DNA of 64,000 nt from an uncultured Candidatus Saccharibacteria bacterium (GCA_964550955.1 CAZKAF010000001.1:503931-567930); one strand, 5' to 3'. Shown: positions 9,270 through 19,518, counted from the stretch's first letter. The notes: generated by a model from the sequence alone, not told the origin. Made by a program: numbers and translations.

Positions 9270-10205
9270 ATGAACCTTCCAAAATGCTTCGCACCGATGC
9301 TGATCCTGATTCCTCTTATCAGCATCGGCCATCCTGTCCCGGCTCACGCCAAAGCGACAGCGACGACAACATACACCCGTTCGGACAACTACCATGTCAG
9401 CCCGGAAAGCGGCTGCAACGGAGTGCCCCTCGCGGATTTCAGAATCAGGGTCAGCCCGGATGAGAAGACGGACTACAAAGTCACGAAAATTCATCTGGTG
9501 TTCGATCCCTACAGCACCGCTCGGCCTCGGACGCTGCATTTTTCAAGCGCGGGCAGCATGCTTTCATCGGCAGTTGTCCCGGCTGAACCGTACGAGATGG
9601 ACATGCGGACCGAATACTTCGTCAAGAAAGGAACCGAGCTCGCATTCTCAGTGAAAGGGTCCTTCTCTTCCGACACGAAGAACGGCACGGCTTTCAGCGC
9701 CAGAGTCTCGACAGTGACCCTGGAAGCGCAGGATGGCACCCAGAAAACCATTCCCGTCCAAAGAAGCTCCGAGCCTCCATTCCACAGGTTCTATACGAAA
9801 GGATCTGCCCGATGGACGCTTGGCAGCGCCGCCATCTCGGACGTGAAGAACGAAAGAGGAGAAACCGTGTCGCGGATCGCGAATTTTACCTTCACGCTGC
9901 AGGCGATCGGAGGCGACATCGAGGCTCCGACGAACAGCGATTTCAAGATTATCGCGACCAACGGCACGCTGAGGATTCCCTGCATCTGCAGCACGGCGCT
10001 GTCGCCGAACATGCCGGTGGTGCCGGAGATGTCCATCATAACCGTGAAGGCCAGCGCTTTCCTGCCAAAGAGCACGATTCTTCAGTACCTGCAGACGCAA
10101 TTCGCAGTTACGGAGATAAAGTGGAAGCAGGCAGGCGAAGGCGGCATGGAGATCGCTCAAGACTGGGGACTTGAGCAATGCACCACCATGTTCAAAGGCA
10201 AGTAA
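9270..10205 (+). CDS. Hypothetical secreted protein
   Basis: ATG at 9270 gives the signal-peptide-like MNLPKCFAPMLILIPLISIGHPVPAHA. Thr/Ser-rich beta-rich body. Terminator follows. Confidence 0.55.
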   Translation: MNLPKCFAPMLILIPLISIGHPVPAHAKATATTTYTRSDNYHVSPESGCNGVPLADFRIRVSPDEKTDYKVTKIHLVFDPYSTARPRTLHFSSAGSMLSSAVVPAEPYEMDMRTEYFVKKGTELAFSVKGSFSSDTKNGTAFSARVSTVTLEAQDGTQKTIPVQRSSEPPFHRFYTKGSARWTLGSAAISDVKNERGETVSRIANFTFTLQAIGGDIEAPTNSDFKIIATNGTLRIPCICSTALSPNMPVVPEMSIITVKASAFLPKSTILQYLQTQFAVTEIKWKQAGEGGMEIAQDWGLEQCTTMFKGK

Positions 10206-10218
10206 GTCAATCCCCATC

Positions 10219-10256
10219 GGCGCGGCATCCAAAAGATGCCGCGCCTTTTATTTTTA
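10219..10256 (+). terminator. Rho-independent terminator
   Basis: GGCGCGGCATC-CAAAA-GATGCCGCGCC followed by TTTTATTTTT. Confidence 0.7.
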
Positions 10257-10745
10257 AAAGAATCCCGCTGATTCGCGGGCAAAAAGAAAGCCGGCGTTCA
10301 GGGAACGACGGCTTTTGTTGAGGTTGAAAGATTTATTTGACGGCTCCTGAAGACGCCCTGATCTCGGGAGAGATGCTGGTGACTTCAAGCGCCGGACCCA
10401 CTGACTTATGCGGAACATCGCGACGGACAATTCTCGGCTGAGAACATCCGCTGAGATGCGACGCATACATGACGACCGAAAACATTGCGAACAGGCACAA
10501 GGGACCGTGCCTGGCGACAATGTCTGCACAACTACAGGATTTCTCTCTGGTCATACAGGTGCGTGTCTTGTTGGTTGCTGAGCTGTCAACGAGTTCTGCA
10601 GGCGAGCGTCCCGCCTGCAGAACCAATATAAATGCTAGCATGCCATTAAATTTCGTCCAGACGGAGCATCGGGCGGAACGCCGGGTATCAGACAGCGGCG
10701 GCGCAGCTTCTGATTAAAACGGCCCTTCTTTCTGCGAATTATCAA

Positions 10746-10789
10746 TAAAAAAAGCCCGGCTCCCGCAAGTAAACCTGCAGGACCGGGCC
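10746..10789 (-). terminator. Putative terminator for the 10819-11664 gene
   Basis: On the minus strand GCCCGGTCC-loop-GGAGCCGGGC followed by TTTTTTT. Imperfect stem. Confidence 0.45.
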
Positions 10790-10818
10790 ATCGTCAATTA
10801 TTGAGGTCAATTGAAAAC

Positions 10819-11664
10819 CTACTTGCAGCGGCGCTTGACCATGATCCCGTACTTGGGATGTCCGGATTCTGATCCGTCCGCAAGGAGCTCCCGAGGGTTG
10901 TACACGCAGTCGGCAGGCACGAGGTCGAAGAGAATCCTTCGTCCTGATTCCGAGAAATCGGGAGTCATCCGCAGGACGAACCTGCGCCCGTCCTTCACCA
11001 TTCCGATATTTGGAAAAATCGGAGCCGGCAGGACATGACCGCTGACAGCCTCGGAACCGATGGCCTTGAAATAATCCACCCAGCCGTAGATGACCGCGTA
11101 CAGCGAGCCGAACGCGGATATCTTCCAGCCGGAAGCGATGTCTGCCGGCGCGACGGGACCGTTCCCTTTCGACACCCGGCAGCTGAACGCGTCCACAAGC
11201 GACCACCATGAATGGTTTGGCTTGAAGCGGATGTCGAACAGCTCGAGCCGAAGCGGACTGAACGTGAGGTACGACCTGACATTTGCCATGTCCAGCGACC
11301 GGAGAAGCATGCTGAACATCATGTTCAGGGTATCCTTCGGATTATCCAAAGTCACGCACAGTACCGGAACGGCGAAGCCCACTTGGTCGGGCGCTCCGCG
11401 GTTCGGCATGAAATCGTCAGGATGGATATCGTAGCCGGCACGCCTTGACCATTGAGCAAACAGCGATCGCTGCATGTGAGGCTTCTGAAACAGGTTGATT
11501 TCCGGATTGTCCGAAACCGTATCGGCCTGAATATCAATCACTTTTCCGCCCAGCAGGGACCTTGAGCTGTCCCCGAGAAGAGGCACTCCCCCGTTTGGCG
11601 GGCGGAAATCCCTGCCAGCGAAGCGCTGAAATCCTCGAACTGCGAGGCTTAACAATTTTTTCAT
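10819..11664 (-). CDS. Hypothetical protein (281 aa), no recognisable family
   Basis: ATG at 11664. Codon usage consistent with neighbours. Divergent from the rsuA-like gene. Confidence 0.55.
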   Translation of the reverse strand: MKKLLSLAVRGFQRFAGRDFRPPNGGVPLLGDSSRSLLGGKVIDIQADTVSDNPEINLFQKPHMQRSLFAQWSRRAGYDIHPDDFMPNRGAPDQVGFAVPVLCVTLDNPKDTLNMMFSMLLRSLDMANVRSYLTFSPLRLELFDIRFKPNHSWWSLVDAFSCRVSKGNGPVAPADIASGWKISAFGSLYAVIYGWVDYFKAIGSEAVSGHVLPAPIFPNIGMVKDGRRFVLRMTPDFSESGRRILFDLVPADCVYNPRELLADGSESGHPKYGIMVKRRCK

Positions 11665-11945
11665 CTTTTATTATTGGCTTTCTACCTTTATTTGTTGGTT
11701 GCGATTGTCTGAAATCCCAAACAGGCGCGCCGCGCAAATATGCCCAATCTCAAAGAACTAAAAATCCTCCGAGACTGGCATTCAAGCGAGCTTGGCATCC
11801 GGATTTGACCAGGATGCATGCGTCTGGGAAGACCCGAATTTATAACATATTTTTCTATTCTTGAAAAGTATGCTAGGATGCTGACTGACGCATGAGGACT
11901 ATGCGATGCCGCAAAAACCCTTATTTCTATAGATTTTAAAGAAAA

Positions 11946-12665
11946 ATGAGAATAAACAAATACCTGGCAGAACACCAATACGCATCGAGACGGCAGGCTG
12001 ACGAGCTCATAAAGCTCGGCCTGGTGACGATCAATGGCAAAGTCGCGGTTCTTGGCGACTCCGTGGAAGAAACTGACAAAGTCGAGGTCAAGAAAAACAA
12101 GGACGCCGTCCAAGCTCAATATTATATGTATAACAAGCCGGTAGGCATCGTGTCTCATTCGGCCCAGGAAGGCGAGGTGGACGTGCAGCAAGCCGTCGGC
12201 AAGATGACAAAGACCCCGCTGTTCCCCATCGGACGGCTCGACAAGGATTCGCACGGGCTCCTGATACTCACGAACGACGGAAGAATCACGGGCAAGCTTC
12301 TTGACCCCGAAGAGAAGCATGAGAAGGAATACGTCGTGCAGACGAAGGACAGGCTGACGTTTAACTTCGACCAGCGAATGGAGCGAGGCCTGATGATCGA
12401 AGACGGCAGCGGCAAGAAATTCAAGACCAAGCCCTGCATCGTGAAAGTGCTCGGAGAACGAAAATTCAGCATTATCCTCACCGAAGGAAAGAAGCGCCAG
12501 ATCCGAAGGATGTGCGAGGCTGTCGGCGCGCAAGTGACCGACCTCAAGCGAATCAGGATCATGGGCATCGAGCTCGGACATCTCGAAGACGGCGCGCTCA
12601 AGAAGATCAAGGGAGACGAGCTGGACGAATTCCTGAAAGAGCTCGGCATCAGGAAGCTGGCGTAG
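11946..12665 (+). CDS. RsuA/RluB-family pseudouridine synthase (S4 domain + catalytic domain)
   Basis: N-terminal S4-like MRINKYLA..SRR.AD.LI..G.V.ING, catalytic-Asp motif GRLDKDSHGLLILTND, and a C-terminal KKRQIRRM motif. Confidence 0.85.
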   Translation: MRINKYLAEHQYASRRQADELIKLGLVTINGKVAVLGDSVEETDKVEVKKNKDAVQAQYYMYNKPVGIVSHSAQEGEVDVQQAVGKMTKTPLFPIGRLDKDSHGLLILTNDGRITGKLLDPEEKHEKEYVVQTKDRLTFNFDQRMERGLMIEDGSGKKFKTKPCIVKVLGERKFSIILTEGKKRQIRRMCEAVGAQVTDLKRIRIMGIELGHLEDGALKKIKGDELDEFLKELGIRKLA

Positions 12666-12702
12666 GCAAAACCGCGGCTGCGGAAAATAAATACATGACC
12701 AA

Positions 12703-12737
12703 TTTGCAAGCTTGGATTCAAGTTCCTGTGCTATAAT
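12703..12737 (+). promoter_or_regulatory. Extended -10 promoter (TGTGCTATAAT) for the 12745 gene, probably leaderless mRNA
   Basis: TGnTATAAT ends 7 nt before the ATG at 12745. A TTGCAA-like -35 lies upstream. Confidence 0.45.
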
Positions 12738-12744
12738 CTGGCAA

Positions 12745-13128
12745 ATGAGCAAGCGGGTAAAAATAATTTTAGTAATACTGGCAATTTTCGCCCTTGGCAT
12801 GCTTGCCCAATCACGAGCCTCAACCAGATTCGGGTCTGCCGCAGAAGCCAATCCTGCAATACAAAAGCTAATACTATCTGGAAAAACCGCGAGCGCGTGC
12901 AAGGAACTGAAAGCGGGAGTCGGCGTCATATCGACACAGCAGATATTTCACCATTGCATCACAGAATTTGCAAAAGCAAAATCTGACCCCTCAATATGCA
13001 ATCATCTCGGATTGGATGGCGTCGGAAACTGCGTTAACGACGTGTACCAGCATGCCATCAAAAACTCTACGACCGAAACACAGTCAGTGAAGAGCTTGCT
13101 GGAGAGCACCAAACCCGCCCTAGACTAA
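12745..13128 (+). CDS. Small secreted Cys-containing hypothetical protein
   Basis: MSKRVKIILVILAIFALGMLAQS signal/TM. ORF-track start at 12712 precedes the promoter. Confidence 0.45.
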   Translation: MSKRVKIILVILAIFALGMLAQSRASTRFGSAAEANPAIQKLILSGKTASACKELKAGVGVISTQQIFHHCITEFAKAKSDPSICNHLGLDGVGNCVNDVYQHAIKNSTTETQSVKSLLESTKPALD

Positions 13129-13889
13129 ACCCTCTTCTTTTCCATGTAGACGGAAACTGTTCTCCGCTTGTACGGCTTGCCGTCCCGTATGTGCTTATAC
13201 GACTTGAGCATCTTGTGAATGATGAAATGTTCGCCGAAGACTTCGTGAATTTCAGCTTCGGTCCAAACATGCTCGTACACGCCGATTCGCGGATGAATGT
13301 ACGAGTTATGCTCCGCCTTGCTGCTGTCTGCCACATTGCCCGTCTCGCCCGGCGTCTGGAGGCCCTTGTCCGGATGCTCTTCTATGAGCCGCTTTGCGTG
13401 GAAATCGCCGTCCAGGATGAACGTTTTAAATATCATCCAGCCGTAGGGCTTCATCACTCGCACAAGCTCCTTTATATATTCGGCCCGTTCGGCATCCCTG
13501 AGGAAATGAGAGGTCATCATGTCGATGACCACGTCGACGGATTCGTCTTCGGCAGGGAGCGGGTCACTGACAGACTGCGTGAACCATTCTATGTCCAGCT
13601 TCTTGCTCTGGCTTCTTTCGAGCTGCTCTTCGGCTTTCTTCGCCTGCTCTATGGCCACGCCCGAGATGTCGAATCCTTTTCCTTTCAGCGAAAATGCGTC
13701 GCATATCTGAATCAGGTTTCGCCCGTTTCCGCATCCGATGTCGAGAACCAGGCCATGCTTCGGAAACGGATACCATTCCGCGTTTCGAACGACCCACCTC
13801 TCGAAGGTTTCCAAGTCCGAAGCGGGCTCGGACGACATGCGAAGATGCTTGGGATTCGCGTACTCTTTGTTCCAGAAGGCTTTTGACAT
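13125..13889 (-). CDS. Class I SAM-dependent methyltransferase (Methyltransf_11/25-like)
   Basis: LDIGCGNGRN SAM motif, acidic residue after beta2 (GFDIS), VDVVID motif. Confidence 0.7.
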   Translation of the reverse strand: MSKAFWNKEYANPKHLRMSSEPASDLETFERWVVRNAEWYPFPKHGLVLDIGCGNGRNLIQICDAFSLKGKGFDISGVAIEQAKKAEEQLERSQSKKLDIEWFTQSVSDPLPAEDESVDVVIDMMTSHFLRDAERAEYIKELVRVMKPYGWMIFKTFILDGDFHAKRLIEEHPDKGLQTPGETGNVADSSKAEHNSYIHPRIGVYEHVWTEAEIHEVFGEHFIIHKMLKSYKHIRDGKPYKRRTVSVYMEKKRV

Positions 13890-13921
13890 TTGTATGTAAA
13901 TTAGAGATTAACCGAGAAGTA

Positions 13922-15412
13922 CTAGCTGAAAAGGGATACGATCACCGCGATTGCCGAGATACTCATCAGCACCACTGTAACCCAGCCGATGATTTTACTC
14001 AAGTTTCCGTTCTTGTGAACGCCCATCACGGATTCCCTGCTGCTCATGTCCAGGATGAGATACAGGATGACCGGAGCGACCAGGCCGTTGCCGACGGCGG
14101 AGTAAATGAGGGCCTTGATGGGATCGAGGCCGATAAAGTTAAGCCCCACGCCGACGAGCGTCGCCGCGGCTATTACCCCGTAAAAGGCATAGGCTTCCTT
14201 GAGCTTCCGATAGAGGCCGAACTTCCAGCCGAAGCTTTCCGAAACGGCGTATGCGGCCGATCCGGCCAGGATAGGAATGGCGAGCATGCCGGTGCCGACG
14301 ATTCCGAGGGCAAAAAGCAGGAACGCGAACTGTCCGGCAAAAGGCTTGAGCGCGAGCGCGGCATCGGCCGCGTCTTCTATGTTCGTTATGCCGTTCGCAT
14401 GCAGGGTAAAGGCGCAGGTCACCATGATGAAGAACATGACCGTATGCGAGACGAACACGCCGGACCACACGTCGACGTTCATCTTTTTTGTTTCAGCCAG
14501 TATTTCTTCAGGAGTATCAATATAGGCTTCATCGTTTTCATTCATTTTGCGTGAATGATCGATCTGGACCACGTCAATATTCGACGTTGCGGATATCACC
14601 GTCGTGGTGGAACCGTCGTCGATGACGTCAGTCTCGCTTATCTTTGCCGAATTATGATGCAGTATCTTTTCTTCCACCTCCTGCGATGTCTGCCAGAAGA
14701 AGAGGTACGGGGAAATGGTCGTTCCGAAAATCGCGCATATTATGAAAATCTGATCCCTTGAAAAGTCGAAGCTCGGAATTACGAGGCTCTTGAAGACAAT
14801 GCCCCATTCGATGTCAATAAAGAAGACCGTCACCACATATGAGACAAGTATCAAGGCCAAGTATTTCAGATACCTGGCGTATTTCTCATATGTCGTGAAT
14901 ACCTGCAGCAGAAGGCTGGTAACGCCAAAAAGGACGACAAGCAGGCCGAAATTAAACGACGGGACCAGCAGCTGAAAGGACTTGGCCATGGCGCCGAGGT
15001 TCGCGCCGATATTGAAAATGTTCGCAGCAAGCAGGAGAACGGTGCAGACGTACAGCAGCGGCCGAGGATAGTACCTGCGGATATTCGCCGCCAAGCCCTG
15101 GCCTGTCACGATGCCGATGCGGGCGCACATGACCTGCACGACCGACATGAGCGGAAACGTGAAGAGCGAGAGCCAGAGGAGGCTGAGACCGTACCGCGCG
15201 CCCACCTGCGAGAACGTGGCTATTCCGGAAGGATCATCATCCGATGCTCCGGTAGTGAGGCCCGGACCGAGGTCATGCCAAAATTTCCTGATCTTCTTCG
15301 AAGCGCCTTCCACGTCCCTGACCACTTCATTGACTCCTCCCTTTACGGCCTTGCCGACGGCGTTCTCCACGTCGCGCTCAAGCTCCCGGATTTTCTCAAA
15401 GTTGTTTGTCAT
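13922..15412 (-). CDS. mntH: Nramp-family divalent metal (Mn2+/Fe2+) transporter
   Basis: Nramp signature GPGLTTGASDDDPSGIATFSQVGARYG (DPGN-like) and ~11 TM helices. Confidence 0.8.
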   Translation of the reverse strand: MTNNFEKIRELERDVENAVGKAVKGGVNEVVRDVEGASKKIRKFWHDLGPGLTTGASDDDPSGIATFSQVGARYGLSLLWLSLFTFPLMSVVQVMCARIGIVTGQGLAANIRRYYPRPLLYVCTVLLLAANIFNIGANLGAMAKSFQLLVPSFNFGLLVVLFGVTSLLLQVFTTYEKYARYLKYLALILVSYVVTVFFIDIEWGIVFKSLVIPSFDFSRDQIFIICAIFGTTISPYLFFWQTSQEVEEKILHHNSAKISETDVIDDGSTTTVISATSNIDVVQIDHSRKMNENDEAYIDTPEEILAETKKMNVDVWSGVFVSHTVMFFIMVTCAFTLHANGITNIEDAADAALALKPFAGQFAFLLFALGIVGTGMLAIPILAGSAAYAVSESFGWKFGLYRKLKEAYAFYGVIAAATLVGVGLNFIGLDPIKALIYSAVGNGLVAPVILYLILDMSSRESVMGVHKNGNLSKIIGWVTVVLMSISAIAVIVSLFS

Positions 15413-15511
15413 CTGATAGTTTCGTGAATTTTTTAGTGATTATACCACGCCGCGTCGGCATGACCGGCGATATTCGCCAACGGTCACGAGCCTGACCCTT
15501 TTGAGACGACT

Positions 15512-18049
15512 CTAGTAATCGTAGAAATGATCTATCTCGACGCCCCTTTGCTTCAGTTCCGCATGAACCTCGTCAATCTGCCGAACAGGCAGGCTCACCG
15601 TAATCCGATCCTTATAATGCTTGATTCCGTTTTCTATCGACTGCACTTCCCCGTATCGCAGTATCTCTTTCGTCAGGGACGAAGGGTCGCTTCCGACTTC
15701 GTCGAGATAGCTGAACGTGATGATGCTGTTCCCCGCTATTTCAAGAATCTCGAAGTCCGCGCCCGAGGCAAGGGCTTCGTCCAGCTTCGACTTGAGAGCG
15801 ACAGTGAAGGGCTGGTAATGAGGAGCCGTGACCGTTCCGTAGGCGCCGTCCTCCCTTACCAAGGCGGTTATGACGTCGTCCTGCACTCCGAACTTGGTTT
15901 CCGTCGCCGATCGGATGACCCATGAATAGAATCTCTTCGCGGTCAGCTCGAAGGAAAGGAACATCTGCCGCTCGAACTTTCGGACCCATCCGCCGATGCC
16001 GTAACCGCTCGGGTCATGAGGCAGTCGATACAGCTCGTCGTAATATCTGTAATATGGAAAGTTGTACCAAGGATTGTCGTAGATGAACGCGTGATAATCC
16101 TTCGCGAGGCGCGCGGCGAACCTGTCCTCCTCCGATTGCCTGCCGCCCGAAACCTTCTCGCTCAATTTCCCTATCGTATTTTCATATGCCCATTTGGCGG
16201 CATTTTCAAAAGTGAAGCTCCAGCCGATGACTTTCAATACGAGGCCGTACCCGGAATTCTGATTCGGAGACCCGATGGCATAGCCCTGAACCTTCCCGTG
16301 CTCCGACCAGTATTCCTTGATGGCGCCGAGATAATCGAACTGCGAAGGCAAGCCGTCGCGGAGCACGTTCGCATATTCGACGGCGCTGTATACGATGTAC
16401 CATTCCGGCAATGTCAGATATATGTTGTCCACATTCCTGACGTAGTCGGTTCCGGCCAGGGTGCTTGAAGCGAAATCACGAGCCGCCTTCGCTTCGGCCT
16501 GCAAGTCTATTTGCTCAGGATCATAGTATGTTTCCCATAAATTATTAGTGAATTTATTATCAGGATCGTATTTTTTCTTTATCTTAAAATAATCCAGCGC
16601 TCCGGGATACGCCCGCAGGAACTGCTCGCCGGTCGCATGAGGCTGATACGGCAGATAATACGTGCCGCCGACGCTGAGGACCTGATCTATCATTTCCCTC
16701 GTCCATCGGGCGACATGGTCCCGCGAAGCCTCGTCCGTTCCCTGCTTGTAGTAGACGACAAACGCGAATACCTCCTCGTTCGCCCAAGCCAGAGTCGCCC
16801 CCGGATCTTTCTCGGCATGGCGAATCGAGACGTTCAGCACGTTCACGTCGTTGCCGACGAAGACATCCTTCATCTTCGGATAAAATTCATCGAAGCGATT
16901 CACCGGCACGAAATACTCCTGAAGAACATACGTCGAATCCTTTCGGCTCATGGGCTCAAGCTCGGCAACGTCGTAGCTGGCCTCGTAGTTTCTGGAATGC
17001 ACAGCATCTTTCGAGTAGATGAGAGGGTCCAGGATATATTCGCGGATATCCTTGCCGAAAGGCCACTCGCTCATTACTACCCATGCGATTCTCTCCGTAA
17101 TGTAATCCTTGGCCCGGGGAATGAGCCTCGTCGGAGTATTCGCAGGCCTGTCGGTCTTGGTCCAGCTCACGGCGCTGACGCTGTCAAAATCTAGCGGATA
17201 GATGTCTCCGTTATGAAAGACAACGTCTCCGGATTCTCGGACATTGCCGAAGAAATAGTCCTTATACTCCGAGATCGGCATCTTCACTCTCTGCCTTTCG
17301 ACGTTCACGTTGTCCGCCAAAGCCAGCGTCACTTCGGTGATGACGCCGATGCCGCCCATTCCGCCTATCGCGGAATAAAACAGCTCTGAATTTTCCGTCG
17401 GGCTGGCGTTCACCGCAGTGCCGTCAGCAAGCACGAGCCTGAAGCCCCTGACGCTCATGATTACCGGACCGAGGCCGACGTATCGCCCGTGCACGTTTAC
17501 TGACAAGGAGCCCCCGACCGTAAAGTTCGAGTACGTCTGCATCACCATGACGGACAAGTCTTCAGGATCAATCCGCTCCTGAATTTCCCTCCACCTGATG
17601 CCGGCCTGAACCGTGATTTCTTTCGTGGTCGTCGAGAAGTCCAATATCTTGTTGAACTCCCGCATGTCTATCTGCACCGCTTTCTCGCTGGCGGTCTGTC
17701 CGCCCATGCTGTATCTTCCCCCTCCGATCGAAACCTTGGAATGAGCCTTCACGGCTTCCTGAATTTCTTCGGTGCTGTGCGGAACGATGACGCCTTCGAC
17801 CTTTATGGGGTAGAGGCCGGTTACGTCCCGCACGATGTTATTTTTCGCATCGGCCTGCGCCTGCTGCTGCCATTCATTTTTAGGCGACCTGAAAAATGAC
17901 AGCACCCAGACTACCAGCGCCAAGAAAGCCAGGGCAAGGAGAATCAAAAAAGCTTTCAGGATTTTTCTTCTATGCGCATGCAGCGCGGACAAGCCTTTTC
18001 TGACCCCTCGCGCGCATGCCCCGAAGAAGCTCTTGAAAACTTTTTTCAT
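15512..18049 (-). CDS. Membrane-anchored FAD-linked oxidase (FAD_binding_4/PCMH + ALO-like domain) fused to ~325-aa C-terminal domain of unknown function
   Basis: N-terminal TM helix. FAD-binding PCMH region (GGGRYSMGGQ...). ALO/BBE-like C-terminal motifs (PYQPHATGEQF...YDPDNKFTNNLW). A further ~325 aa has no recognisable family. Confidence 0.75.
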   Translation of the reverse strand: MKKVFKSFFGACARGVRKGLSALHAHRRKILKAFLILLALAFLALVVWVLSFFRSPKNEWQQQAQADAKNNIVRDVTGLYPIKVEGVIVPHSTEEIQEAVKAHSKVSIGGGRYSMGGQTASEKAVQIDMREFNKILDFSTTTKEITVQAGIRWREIQERIDPEDLSVMVMQTYSNFTVGGSLSVNVHGRYVGLGPVIMSVRGFRLVLADGTAVNASPTENSELFYSAIGGMGGIGVITEVTLALADNVNVERQRVKMPISEYKDYFFGNVRESGDVVFHNGDIYPLDFDSVSAVSWTKTDRPANTPTRLIPRAKDYITERIAWVVMSEWPFGKDIREYILDPLIYSKDAVHSRNYEASYDVAELEPMSRKDSTYVLQEYFVPVNRFDEFYPKMKDVFVGNDVNVLNVSIRHAEKDPGATLAWANEEVFAFVVYYKQGTDEASRDHVARWTREMIDQVLSVGGTYYLPYQPHATGEQFLRAYPGALDYFKIKKKYDPDNKFTNNLWETYYDPEQIDLQAEAKAARDFASSTLAGTDYVRNVDNIYLTLPEWYIVYSAVEYANVLRDGLPSQFDYLGAIKEYWSEHGKVQGYAIGSPNQNSGYGLVLKVIGWSFTFENAAKWAYENTIGKLSEKVSGGRQSEEDRFAARLAKDYHAFIYDNPWYNFPYYRYYDELYRLPHDPSGYGIGGWVRKFERQMFLSFELTAKRFYSWVIRSATETKFGVQDDVITALVREDGAYGTVTAPHYQPFTVALKSKLDEALASGADFEILEIAGNSIITFSYLDEVGSDPSSLTKEILRYGEVQSIENGIKHYKDRITVSLPVRQIDEVHAELKQRGVEIDHFYDY

Positions 18050-18050
18050 G

Positions 18051-18455
18051 TTATTTGAGTTCGATTTTCCTTACTGAGAAGTACAGCGCGATAGCCGTCA
18101 ATACGCTGATGCCGATATGCGGACCATTCAGCAAGAAGTTATCAATGACCGACTGTCCTGTCACGAATCCGTTCAATATGTGGAATACCGCGTCAAGCGT
18201 GTAGTATCCTCCGAAAAGAATGAGATAAAGCACCTGCATCCGGTATCCTCTGGTCAAGGCGTAGAAGCCGACGGCGCCCGAGACCAAGTGAGTGATGTCG
18301 TCCAGGATTGAAATCTTGAACAGGCCGAACATGAGGTATTCGATGCCGTGACCGTCAGAACCCATCGGGACCATGACTCCCGGAATCTGCTCTATGGCCA
18401 CGATTCCCACGTATAATATTGATAAGAATAAAACTATATATTTTGTAATTTTCAT
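18051..18455 (-). CDS. Small 4-TM membrane protein (DUF4383-like), operonic with FAD oxidase
   Basis: ATG at 18455. Four hydrophobic segments. Stop of upstream gene is 1 nt away. Confidence 0.5.
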   Translation of the reverse strand: MKITKYIVLFLSILYVGIVAIEQIPGVMVPMGSDGHGIEYLMFGLFKISILDDITHLVSGAVGFYALTRGYRMQVLYLILFGGYYTLDAVFHILNGFVTGQSVIDNFLLNGPHIGISVLTAIALYFSVRKIELK

Positions 18456-18473
18456 TATATCTTCATTATATCA

Positions 18474-19475
18474 TTACTCGGATATGGCACGGCGAAGCGC
18501 CTCGTCAAACTGTTGATAATCTTCGATCATGGGTATGTGCCCCACGTTTTCCAGCATGTATAATTTTGAACCGGGAACCAAATCTGCCAGCTCATGCGCG
18601 AGCGCCGGCGGAGTCAGGGTGTCCTTGTCTCCCCAAATGATCCTGAGCGGCACGGACAGATTCTCGTAGGACGCGGCTTTCGTGCTCTTGTAATCGAGAG
18701 GATCGGTAACGTAATCGCTCAGCCAATGAGCCAGCCGCTTGCTGTTGCCCTTTGTCCTGAACGCTTTCATGTACAGCTCGACAAGATTGGCGTCAATGTT
18801 TTCCGTTATATGAACAAAGCTTTTCATCCTGTTCTTGACCAGCGCCTTGCTATGCGAAACAGCCAAGACCGGATATTCGAGCAGGGCTTTATTTTTCATG
18901 ATTTTAGAAATAATCCCGCTTGCTTCGTCAGCTTTTGCAGAATTGACATTGAGCACCCCGTCGACAATCACCAGCTTCTCGATATTTTGGCTGCCGTCAT
19001 TTGTCATGACAGCTTCGGTTACGGGTCCTGCGCCGTACGAATGCGCCACGAAAATGACATTGGACATCTTCTTGCTGTCCAGGAACGCATTCAGGCGATC
19101 AGCCTGAACTGACCGATAGAATCCGTTCTCGAGATTCGCGGCTGAAAAGCCGAATGGCGGCAGATCGACCGCAAGAAGATTGTACGAGAAGCCGCCGTCC
19201 AGCAGGGACCTGTCCAGCTCGCGCATGGTCCTTCCCCAAGTCTGGCTCCATCCGGACAGGCCGCCGACGAACACGATGGTCGTCGTGGCATTATTGGAAA
19301 TTTCCTGATAGCCGATCTCTTCCCCATTGCTTATCCTGGCGAACATGCTCTGTTCCGGGGCAATCTCAGAAACGTTCTTGGTCTCGACAAAAAACTTTGC
19401 AGCCAGGGCGAGCAAGGCCGCTCCGACGAGAACGAACGCGATGACTAATGCTATTTTTTTAAGTATGTAAATCAT
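18474..19475 (-). CDS. Membrane-anchored alpha/beta-fold hydrolase
   Basis: N-terminal TM, nucleophile elbow AHSYG, and C-terminal GHIPMIE (His of the triad). Confidence 0.75.
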   Translation of the reverse strand: MIYILKKIALVIAFVLVGAALLALAAKFFVETKNVSEIAPEQSMFARISNGEEIGYQEISNNATTTIVFVGGLSGWSQTWGRTMRELDRSLLDGGFSYNLLAVDLPPFGFSAANLENGFYRSVQADRLNAFLDSKKMSNVIFVAHSYGAGPVTEAVMTNDGSQNIEKLVIVDGVLNVNSAKADEASGIISKIMKNKALLEYPVLAVSHSKALVKNRMKSFVHITENIDANLVELYMKAFRTKGNSKRLAHWLSDYVTDPLDYKSTKAASYENLSVPLRIIWGDKDTLTPPALAHELADLVPGSKLYMLENVGHIPMIEDYQQFDEALRRAISE

Positions 19476-19518
19476 GTCAGGCCTGTTAATTTAAAATTAA
19501 TGCGTCATGAGGCGCAAT

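Noticed and set aside
10254-10717. Short ORFs (82-102 aa) in the 10.2-10.7 kb gap
   Set aside because: Cys/Ser/Arg-rich low-complexity translations, mutually overlapping, with no start context. The region is treated as non-coding (possible ncRNA).
11688-12929. 413-aa minus-strand ORF
   Set aside because: Fully antisense to the well-supported RsuA-family pseudouridine synthase (11946-12665 +). Low-complexity, no motifs. Typical GC-driven shadow ORF.
13191-14554. 231-aa and 286-aa + ORFs
   Set aside because: Antisense to the SAM methyltransferase and the Nramp transporter respectively.
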